A stretch of 64,000 nt of DNA from Octopus vulgaris (Eukaryota), in contig OX597825.1 of the NCBI GenBank assembly GCA_951406725.2, positions 1,984,001 through 2,048,000 on the forward strand. Direction: 5' to 3'. Within the stretch, counting starts at the first letter, position 1. Each line of letters starts with the position of its first letter. Of the stretch, positions 27,598 through 38,656 are shown one piece after another. The notes beneath the pieces are model-generated. The model made no database searches and had not been told where the DNA came from. It saw nothing but the letters and a program-made list of their open reading frames with translations. Made by a program: the position numbers and the translations under genes.

Positions 27598-28470
27598 AAA
27601 CAAAACATTATATTCGTACGGATTAAATGGAACAAAATATCAGCTGGCCTCTACATATATTCTACACGTAACAGTTATTTGTGAAAGATGTATGTATGCT
27701 TCACAGTTTGACATCTTGTCTCTGCTTAACATGCCAGACAATGGTTTATGATTTAATATTCCTTGTGATCCAATTCCTGACTCGTTTCAATTCCTTGTTG
27801 TGGCTACTTAATTCAATTTGCGTAGAACATTTTCTGAGAATAGGCATGAACGACAGAGAATCTCATTTTCCCCAGACCCATAAATCTGAAGCATTGTTTC
27901 TTTCAAAATCTGAGAAAAATCAATAGACAACAGATACGTATATTCAATTCTAGAAGTGGCAAAATGTTCCGAAAGTTTTTGAAATCTTTCGAAAATCTCT
28001 TCGTATTCATATACACGACGTCTTAACATTTCTCTTTGTTCAGCCACTCGAATTCGTTTTAGATTTCTCTGTCTAACTTTTAATCTGTTGTATTTATCAA
28101 GGTAACAGTATCCAGTAACTGCTTCATATTTAAATCAGTCGCCTACCTTAATAAAAGATGTGAAAGAGCAAGTTGCTAAAAACGCTACACTCCTCAAAAC
28201 TTTTCGTGGACTTTGTAGACAACAATTAAAGAACATAAATTAAGACATTTCACTGATTCTTTCTGTCTCTCTTTCAGAGTGATTTCATTATATTTCAGGT
28301 TTTCTTTCTACATTTTTTCTACTTTGTCCTGTTTGGTTCGAAACTAGAATGCGTGACTTGGAAAGTCATTTGATTTATGTTCACACAACTGATATTTACT
28401 CATATTTTATGGTTCGTAGACTAGAGGTCTTAACAAGATAATTAAAATTTTATATTCAAAAAATGTTTAC

Positions 28471-28529
<59 letters not shown>

Positions 28530-29893
28530 GCACATTTAGAAGCAATGATCAGTTCACTTGTGAGTAGTACAAACTACATCCAGTTATTAGAATGAAAAAT
28601 TGGAAAATATCTGAACCTATTTACCTTTTTCCAATTACCATATAATTAAACTAATGACTAGACCTACCTCTGTTTACTCGTTTGAATTGCCAGATATAAC
28701 ACAACAAATCTCAATCGACTCCTTACTATCTTATATATAAGGAATAGCATACCGGATAACGTAGTTGTATGCCTGAGAAAATGATGGGTTCTTCACAGCT
28801 GGAACGCTCCTGTTTATAGATTAGCTGAATCAAGATGGAGAACAACAACAAAAACAACTCGTTATTTAATCTCACTTCAACTCTGATCGAGAAGTCCTAT
28901 GACCACACCATTGCATTATGGGATCATCCCGTAATTGTCTTCAAAGCAGGGAAACAAAGTGTACGCAATTCAATGATACTTTTTGAACGATTATAGGGTT
29001 TAATTTTAGGAAGATTTGCTTACTATTTATAGCTGGTAGAGTAACTACATTAAGGGTCGTTAATGTTAGATAATGTATGTTAAAAGTCTCCCTGTTAATG
29101 AAAGGTAGCTAGAGTCTGTGGTGATAATCGGAATCTTCTAAAATTATGGGATTTATTGAAGACCATCAAGCAATGACATTAACGAAATAATAATTTGCTG
29201 TAATAGATTAAGTTTATTAATGATGGTTTACTTGCAAGCCGTTCCCTAATAACCGAATCCGAATGGGTTCATTTATATTAATTAGAGATCTAATTGTATA
29301 TTACGATTTGAGCAACTCTATTATGGGTGATGAGGGAAATGAAGTTTATCTCCTCCAATGTATCTAATTTACAATTTTCAGTCATTTTCATACTAAATGC
29401 CGTTATCAGAGATACGATATTTTGGTCTTAACAAAATCAGAATGTATTCCAGCTGTGGCCATCACGCCTTTTTCTTACGAGTAAAGAACACAGAAATGTG
29501 TTCGATGATTATATTTTTAAGAGGATAGGGTGTAATTTTAGAGAGATTTGGCTAATATTCATAACAGAACGAATAACTTGTAGAATCCGTAGATCAAAGA
29601 GAATGGGCTGAGCGAAGTGAAATGCTTATAAATAGATCATGCTCAGCGCATATACTCCTCTGACGGGCAAAATACTACGAGCGGTGTTTACACGTTACGT
29701 ATGATATATGATGGCTATTTTAACTTATGCTGATTCAAACCATCGGATTATCGCAATATCGGTTAATGCATTAACCACTGATTTATTTATTGGAAACGAG
29801 AAATTTCGTCTAGGTATGTGACTGCGAATACACAATATTGACAAGCCTTAGTGCATTTGGACTTATCATAGCCGCTGCCGGAATATGTTGTTA

Positions 29894-31075
29894 TTAGGTT
29901 AGCAAGAAAGTAATTTCAGTCGGTTTTTTTAGTGTGAAATAAAGGTCATTTTTTTAAAATATAAAGAATCAGCTTTAATCAATTATATATTTTCCATTTC
30001 GTTCGATGACACTTTGCCATCTTCCTGGCAACTTCATGACTCCGCGCTCATAGAACTTCTGGTTCTTATCAGCCAAAAACTGAAGCAAGCGCCATTTCAG
30101 GTCATCATCATTATTGAAAGTTTTGCCATTCAAAGAATTTTGCAAACTTTAAAATAAATGGCAATCAGATGGTGTAAGGTCAGGGGTATATGGTGGATGT
30201 AACCACTTCCCAATCGAGCTCCAATAATTTTGCAAGAGTTAGCAAAGACGTGTGTGGTTCCTTTATGATTTGCCAATTCTAACCGTTTTGCTTTGATTAC
30301 TTCCTCCGGTTTCCTTAGTTGCTGACAGTAAATATCTGAATTGATCGTTTGGTTCCTTGGAAGCAGCTCAAAATACACAATACTTTTGTAATCCCATCTA
30401 ATTGACAGCATGACCTTTTTTCAATGCAATTCAGGTTTCGATCTGGTTTGTGCTGGACCATGATCGTTTTCAATTGATGCTATTGTAGACAATCCATTGT
30501 TTATCACCAGTGATGATTCATTCCAAAGCGTTTCAGATGCATATCGCAAATATTGATTCGTTGTGTTAAGTGAATTTCTTTCAATTTATGTGGAACCAAA
30601 ATATCGAGCTTCTTAACGATTTCAAGACATTTTAAATGATTTTCAATTGTTAAATGACAATCATATTTAATTATGGTCTTGATTCGGTCCTCATCAACAT
30701 CAGTAGGTCGATCAGAACGTTGGTCATCTTTGAGTGAAAAATCTCCAGAACGGAATTTTTAAAACTATTTCTGACATGTGCGTTCTGTTAAGCAATTAAC
30801 ACTATAAACTTCACATATCTCTTTGTGAGCCTCAGCAGCTTTTTAACCTTTACGGAAAAAAGAATATGGCGAAAATGTTCATTTTTGCACTCCATGTTAA
30901 AATTGACACCGAACTAACAGCTGTAAACATAATTAATCGAAATTTGCTTCTAAAGTAAGCTAAAAGTTACGGCTATCAAATGTCAAAAGGAAAAAAAATC
31001 ATAACATTGACAAAAGTCATTAAAAAAATCGTAACTATATTTGCGAGAAACGAAATTGCTTTCTTGCTAACCCAA
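29894..31075 (-). mobile_element. Decayed mariner transposon with both TIRs and TA duplication
   Basis: TA+ttaggttagcaagaaagtaatttc at 29892 and gaaattgctttcttgctaacccaa+TA ending at 31077 (2 mismatches). Minus-strand MLSIRWDYKSIVYFELLPRNQTINSDIYCQQL, a YSPDLAP-like remnant, and stops/frameshifts. Confidence 0.95.
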
Positions 31076-31084
31076 TATTTTAAC

Positions 31085-31338
31085 AGAGGGCGGCGAGCTG
31101 GCAGAATCGTTAGCAAGCCGGGCGAAATGCTAAACGGCATTTCGTCTGCCGTTGCATTCCTAGTTCAAATTCCGCCGAGGTCGACTGTGTCTTTTATCCA
31201 TTCGGAGTCGATAAATTAAGTACCAGTTGCGTACTGGGTTCAATGCAATCGACTTAATCCCATTTCTGTCCTTGTTTGTCCCCCGTATGTTTAGCCACTA
31301 ACCCTAACCCTAACCCCTCTGTGGCCAATTAAGAAATA
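31085..31338 (+). mobile_element. SINE family A (young tail variant) inserted at the mariner end
   Basis: Near-consensus copy; TSD aatattttaac (31074-31084, 31339-31349); tail contains (taaccc)3. Confidence 0.9.
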
Positions 31339-31679
31339 AATATTTTAACCGAGCTCGTCCATAAGAGATTTTATCACGGATGAAAAGCGTAGTAACTTCC
31401 TTGTCATACGTGTTATACAAGTTAAGAGGGACACGAAGGTTATTTTAAAAGCATGCTGCTTCAGTTGCGAACACCGAGTGTAAAAGAGAAGTAGTTTTTA
31501 TTTAGTTCTTATTTCATCGACTTCCAGAAGAACATAAAGTGAAACAGACCTCACTTGTATTCGAAGTTGCGATACAAAAGAACTGAATTAAATGCTGCAA
31601 AGAATTCTGCCCCGAATTCTTTTTGACCTTGTTATGACCCTATTGTCTTTTTAGTACTTTTACGTTTTAGTGAAAAAAA

Positions 31680-32065
31680 GTACTCTTTACATGCTTCAGT
31701 CATTGGACTCTGGCCATGTTGGGGCACCATTTGGGAAAGTGTAATCGAACAAACCTATAGTAGTTCTAAATCATTTTGAGTTTACTGGGATGCAGACAAA
31801 CCAATGTCGATACCAAGCGGTAAGGGAACAAATAGAAAGACACCAACCGCTCTAACACATAACCACGCATATGCATACATATGCGCACACATACCTGGAC
31901 ATAAGATTAGCTTCAACACAGTTTCCGTTAAGCAAATTTACATACAGAGCATTTGTCGGTCGAGGGTTAGTGTAGAGGTCATTCGTCCAAGATGCGGTGT
32001 AATGGTATCGGATCGCTGACGATGTGATTGTCATGTGAACTTGCTAATCACTCACCCTTGCCTGC
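31680..32065 (-). mobile_element. SINE family B, degenerate
   Basis: tactctttac..ttcagtcatt..ggccatgttggggcacc..cagtttccgt..tagtgtagagg..ccaagatgc is the reverse complement of family B. Confidence 0.7.
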
Positions 32066-32739
32066 GACTATGTCTACAATATTTAAAAAATTGTTTCTGT
32101 ACATAAATGCTTTGATCTGAAGTGTGTCCTGCAATGAGCGTGTCTCATCACAAATTACAAATTAATAAGTATGCAAGTATATTATGCTGATTACAGTATG
32201 AAGAAAGGATATGAATATTTAAACACGGAACTTTGTGACTCTGTAATAATTATTAAATTAGTACAAGGGTCTAAATGATTCATGCATTTCTGATCGATTC
32301 CTGACACGTCATAGATAATATCTCAACAAAATGAAAATTTAGCTTTCATTAATTGTAAAAACAAAATAATTGAAAAGAGAAGTCATAACAAGAAGATAAT
32401 GCGCCGTTGCTTTCAGTGGAGAAGATAGGATCAGGCGAAACGGAATATATAGAAAGCATTTGGTTGCGTCCCTTTGTGTCCTGATCTCGTAGCAAATGTG
32501 TTGCATCGTTAAAGCGAAGTTAGATTAATTTCTTGCTACATTAGTTTCAGTTCTCGCCGCTTTGAGTTCAAATCTCGCAGAGGTCAACGTCACCTTTCAT
32601 GCTTTCGAAATTCGTGCTGGATAATGATATATTTGGACATCACAGTTTCAGTTCTCTTTCACGCCTTCGATGCCTATAAGTACAGTAATAATGAAGTGCT
32701 GGGGGCGATTTTTCTGTCTTCTTCGCCTCTTTCTCTCTC

Positions 32740-33250
32740 ACTCTCAGAATTTGCTTTATCCCACAAGATGATGTTAGATGATGTTTGTAAACAACACCTG
32801 AATGAAAGCAATTTGGAAATCACCAATCTATTCCATGACAAGCTTGTATGGATTTTCAAGGAGGTAACCAGAAATCCTTAGTCGACCTGATAGGGTCAGA
32901 AAGGAATATCCTGAATCCTATCATATATTGATTAATTGATGGATAAAGTAAGCAGTTCTAATTTGTTAGGGTTTCTTTAGTTATATTCTATCTCAAAATT
33001 TCATAGTCTTGCCCTGATGTTAGAATCCAATCTTTGCTTCGTTGTTTTGTGTGAATAAGTACGGATGAAGCTCTAGACCAGAGGACTACAATGGTTTATT
33101 ATATTTAATATGTCCTCTCTTGCTTCTAACTTCGTGTCTCACTAAGTATTTCTTACCTATCATTCCTTGCAATACACTTGTCAATTTATATACTTTGCTC
33201 TAAGGAACCCTTTCTCTGTGTATACTCAGGTTCTTCAATTATTCTACTCT
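32740..33250 (-). mobile_element. Possible CR1/L2-type LINE 3' remnant
   Basis: Minus-strand RGH-like (~33110) and SWNRL...FR..L (~32830) motifs resemble CR1 ORF2 C-termini; highly decayed. Confidence 0.3.
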
Positions 33251-34249
33251 ACACAAAAGCTTTCGATCCATTATCTGAGTGAAAGTTTAGATTAAAACGG
33301 AGCTCTTATGTGGACGGATGATTAGCGTTGGTTATTAACAGAATAAAACTCAGAGCGTAAAATATCAGGACAGAGTATCTTGTCTAAAACTCTAACAATT
33401 CCGATAACGCACAATTCCCATAAACTGTTGCTTTACTTATCGACGATGAAAAGATGAAAGGAACATTGACCTCATTGTGATTTGAATTCAAAGTGCAAAG
33501 AACCAGAACGAAGCCCGAATGGAAATCTATCGGCTGCTCTAATAGTTCTACCAAGTTGCCGTCTGCCTCAATAACGTTATATTTAATATTAATAACTTAG
33601 CTATTCTTGTGCACACATTCAGATCCGTTCATTCGCATTAAAGAGATTTAGATTAGATTGAATTGGATAGCCCCAAACCAAGACTAGACTTTGTCTATAA
33701 TATTTTCTGTTTATTTTCTTTTTAACATTCGTTTAATTTCAATAAAACCTTTTTGATCTAAATGCAGTCATCAGATTGGTGAATTTTTATCGAACAGTAA
33801 GACCGGGCAAGTAAGGGAACGATAGTATATTCTCTCCTACACTGATTTCTTCACCAGCTGTTAGCAGAGAATTTATCTGATGTCATTATTACTACTAAAA
33901 TCAGTGCAACGTTAAAAGAATCAATTAATCGATATTATTTTTATTTTTTTGTTATTTTTTGTTTTTGTTTTTTGCTAAGAACATGTCTGATATCGACTCA
34001 TGCATGGAATGTAAATTCAGCTAACTTGCTATAGGTTAGCTCACATGCTAATACAATGATGTAACACAAAGCAAACGCACACACGCACACATACACATGT
34101 ACACACACACATAACCACACTTGCAATCTTCTTTTACTCTCTTCATCATTGTTCTCACTCTATTTCCAATAGATACACACATATAGACACTTGAACTTAC
34201 TTTTCTAAGTACTACATTAGCATTACGCCATAGTTACCAAGAAATAATA

Positions 34250-34288
34250 TATGTGTGCGTGTGAGTGCGTGTGTGCATGTATATAAAT

Positions 34289-34325
<37 letters not shown>

Positions 34326-34600
34326 CATATATACACACATATAAATATATTCATATATACACATATAAATAAATATATATATATATTTATATATATATAT
34401 AAACCTATGTATAAATACATATATATATATGTACACACATACACACACACATATTATATATATATATGTATATATATATGTATATATATATATATATATA
34501 TACATATATATATACATACATACATATATATACATATATGAATGTATGTATATATATTTATGTGCTATATATGTACATATGTGTATATATGCACAACACA
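34250..34600. repeat. (CA)n/(TA)n compound microsatellite
   Basis: Directly visible. Confidence 0.95.
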
Positions 34601-35856
34601 TAGACAAATATAATTACGAAAAAATAATAATAACGCCCATAAGTATATTAATAAGCAGTTTATAAAGAAATTCAAGATAGTTTTCTTTCGATAAAACATC
34701 TTTTGGGATTAAAATGGTGCATAAACATCACATTCAATCATTATATCGCAGTTCATGTAAGGAACCTACTCATGCCTACAAGGAGGCTTATTAGTAATCG
34801 CTATCCTACGAAGACTGGCTGCTAAGTCTTTTATAGGTAAAATACCATCGTCTAGAAATTTGTGCAGCAGAGTAACTTGTTAGGATAGTTTGTGAAAAAT
34901 GGCGTTAGTGAGGGTGTGAAACGGTCGACCAGCCACGTCCGTGACATAGCTCTACTCACAGCATAACTAAAAACAACACTACGCCGTCCTAACCAGACTA
35001 TGCTACATTTCTCCAGAAGAGATAACATCACCTACATCAGCCCATGTGCAACCAACGGGTGGCACCGAGACAACGAGGAAAATTCGAAGTCATTAATCCC
35101 CTGGTGTAGAAATAACTAAACATCACTTGCATCACAAGATTTAAAGGAGAGGGAATGTATTAATATATCATTAGGTACACTATATCGAAGGCAAAAAAAT
35201 TGATAATCACGCCCAGAACACATTTTTATCAAAGTATAGGCCTACTCCTTCAGAGCTGACCTGGGGTAAAAGAATAATAGCAACAATTTTATATCTTAGT
35301 TCAGATCCAACATCTATAATATAAACCTAGTGGAGACTAAATTCATCTCAAGCTCTAATGGAGGGTGAGTTAGATAAGACAGCAAAATTTAGTTTTGCTA
35401 CATATTCAGCAAAAATCATTCCATATGAGGATCTGAGAATCATATTAACATGTATAATACTTACCTTTGATGACTTAATTTTAATAGTAGAAGTATCCAA
35501 CTTTTTCTGTCTTGATTTCTACCTGAAATAAATGTAATTCCATTAATTAATTATGGTTTTGGTTGAATTATTAACACCGTTTAGTTAGTTCAGGAACGTT
35601 GCTTTTTTCAGAATTGTTACATTCAAACACTTCGGAAGTTGGTTCAAGCCGAGTTTCACAATATATAATGTGCAGCGAAAGCTACGTAGCTTGTAGATGT
35701 CTTCTTGTAGGCATTGTAACCCAGGAGAAACTTCCAGCTATCTATGAACAAAACTATGACCAGCAACCTGGGACGAGCATATAAGCAGAAGCGTTTTCGC
35801 TTTTATATATGAAGAAGATTTAAAGACACAAAGAAATATTTTAGCTATGTAACCTA

Positions 35857-36255
35857 CAGGAGTGGCTGTGTGGTAAGTAGCTTGCTTACCAACCACATGG
35901 TCCCGGGTTCAGTCCCACTGCGTGGCATCTTGGGCAAGTGTCTTCTGCTATAGCCCCAGGCCGACCAATGTCTTGTGAGTGAATTTGGTAGACAGAAACT
36001 CAAAAAGCCCGTCGTATATATGTATATATATATATGTATGTGTTTGTGTGTCTGTGTTTGTCCCCCTAGCATTGCTTGACAACCGATGCTGGTGTGTTTA
36101 TGTCCCCGTCACTTAGCGGTTCGGCAAAAAAGACCGATAGAATAATTACTGGGCTTACAAAGAATAAGTCCCGGGGTCAATTTGCTCGACTAAAGGCGGT
36201 GCTCCAGCATGGTCGCAGTCAAATGACTGAAACAAGTAAAAAAATAAAATAAAAA
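35857..36255 (+). mobile_element. SINE family B, near-complete young copy
   Basis: caggagtggctgtgtggtaag (A-box-like), gggttcagtccc (B-box-like), CORE-like cttgggcaagtgtcttct, internal (TA/TG)n, gactgaaacaagtaaa tail. Confidence 0.93.
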
Positions 36256-36349
36256 TATAGTAGGCCATGGCATGCTTTTCAGCTCAACTACACAGGTATC
36301 TTTTTGGAAACATAATAGCCACCCAATTTCAAACTGTGATTGCGTAGAA

Positions 36350-36760
36350 GCATATCGTCGTCATCGTCAGGTATCGTCGTACGCCTGCATTACGTTGATG
36401 ATACTACAAAGACAATGTTCCCGATTCATCGGGAGTTCTCCCGGTGCCTTGCAACTCTTGTCGAACTAGTTTGTGATATTGTCCATCCACTGTGTTCCTT
36501 GCCTGTTTTTCGTTCTACTACTCGCTAATCTTCCTTCCATGATAATAGTTTCCAGACCTTTTCTTCGGAGAGGGCAATAATAGATGAGCTTTTTGCTTTT
36601 CGTGCTTCACAATGAATTCTTGTTCCACACCTAGTCTTTCGAATTCCCACCCAAGCCGTCCCTCCAGCATTATCAAGGTATCATTTAGAACTGATTGTTT
36701 GATCAAGGAAAACTGTTTGTCCTCTGGGGAAACCATACTGCATATTTTCAACGTTCACTT
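36350..36760 (-). mobile_element. RTE-like LINE 3' remnant
   Basis: Minus strand reads ...RQGTQWMDNITN...NREH, similar to the RTE C-terminal GRPxxRWxDxI region, ending near (gac/gat) repeats. Confidence 0.45.
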
Positions 36761-36804
36761 ACTATGAAAAAGCTTTCAAAATCACGTACCAATAGAATTT
36801 TAAA

Positions 36805-36947
36805 ACTACGCAATTACAATTATAAAATCATGAAGATTTAAATTAATCTTATTGGGATAATTATTATGCAAAACTATCATGCACATATATTGGACATTAC
36901 AACATATATACCAAATAAAATCAGCTGCTTTAGTTGGGCCACCCTGT
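36805..36947 (-). mobile_element. Tc1/mariner-type terminal fragment
   Basis: Ends ttagttgggcccaccctgta (reverse complement TACAGGGTGG...). Confidence 0.4.
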
Positions 36948-38656
36948 ATTTGATTAAAGTACTTACACACAGCAGATCCTTTTACAAATGTTCTCTTTAT
37001 ACTACCTGTAAAACTCAAATCGGAGAATAACTACAACAACCCAAGCTATTCACTGGTTAATTAAGGTGTTTAAGTGAATGAATTACAAGACTTTTATGAC
37101 GATTAAACATGTCAGCAAATATCTTTCGCTCCAAGACATACCACGTGTTGTATGCGTTAACTTTTATGGGGTCATTCAACCTGCCAGGTATAGCAGTAAA
37201 ATTAATCCTCACGTTACACCTTAACATCTTTGAGAAAGTTTGATGGATTAAATACGTAGAGTTCTGTATTAGATAATACGCTCTTGCATTAACTTACGCC
37301 CGCGATAGATAATCCATTCTGAAATCACATAATGTGCACCCGTGTTAGATCAAATACTCTAGCCTAAGATAATGATGTACTCCTGCATTACATAATAGTA
37401 TAATCCTGCATTTATTAAGGTAACTCTTCCTTAGATGATGGTGTTGTTTTGAATGAAGAAACTGTTCATTACCCGACGAGCAACGCCGGCATCCGGGTAA
37501 CAAGCAGCAAAATACGTTGGGTTAACAAAAGAAGACTCCATTTGTTCGCTGCGACGCGTTTGGAACAGAAGACATTCTTCATCAAACCACATCCTGTTGT
37601 CTTCAAAGAAAAAGGTTCACATTGGAAAACGCATTCCTAGATATACAAACAGGAGGGATAATTTCACTTTGAAGGTTTTCTTCATAATTGTGCTCAAAAA
37701 GGGCTGATTCGATGCTGCAGAAGAACGACTATATTAACGGTGACCATCACTACCACATCACAACAACAAAAACAACAGAAGCGAAACAACACGACATTGG
37801 TATGTACATCGTCTCTGTACAAATATATTATTGGATATTGGATTTATGATCTCTTTGATAAAAGAAACATGCAACACAATAGGGAAATTATCCGGTGATA
37901 ATCAACCAGTTGCGCAGTTTCCCATTTTCTCTCCTTTGGTCCCTTGATGGGATCATTTTCTCTTGCAGTGTTGGAGTGAATCCTGTATTTCTCTCCTCTG
38001 CTTTAAACGGCTCGGTTAGAGAACCTCTAATATTCTCTGCCCCGATTGCCTTCCGTATATCTCTCCCTCATTACACACGGTAGCACAAAGTGATGTACTG
38101 CCTGATCTACGAAAGAGGTACTAATGCAGGAACCTCTATGCGGTCGATTTGACTTACCAGACATAACAGTCAAATCTTTCTGAAAACGAACCCTATGGTT
38201 ATTAAAAGAAAATCACATTTTCAGTAATGTCTTTTGAGATAACCACTATATAAAAAGATAGGATGGTCACCAATTATAGTGGCTTTCACTTATAGACCTG
38301 CTTGCAAAAAGTCTCTGTTGGGGGCTGAGTAACTGTAACATGTATGCAAATACACCAACAAATCAATGAAGGATTCCTTCAGTCATTACTTGATTCGCCA
38401 GAAATAACAGTAAGATCAATGTAAAAATAAAGATATTTTGCATAAACTTGTGTAGGATAAACTTTTTGATAAAGTGAGATGTTCACCGCTAGAAGGTCTT
38501 CCGTCGGGTTTGAGTTGAAGCAAAACAACAACAGCCATAAAATGTAAAAGTCAACTTCATACATTGTAGCGTAGTAAACGGAACGAAAGTTTATCGTTTT
38601 TCTTCAAGTATTTGTCGTGAGTTCTGTGTTATAATTGTAAGTTGAGGGCAAATTGT

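Noticed and set aside
31298-31316. (TAACCC)3 telomeric repeat
   Set aside because: Only three units inside a SINE tail bounded by a TSD; not an interstitial telomere.
35857-35925. tRNA gene
   Set aside because: A/B-box-like motifs belong to a SINE head; no complete cloverleaf seen.
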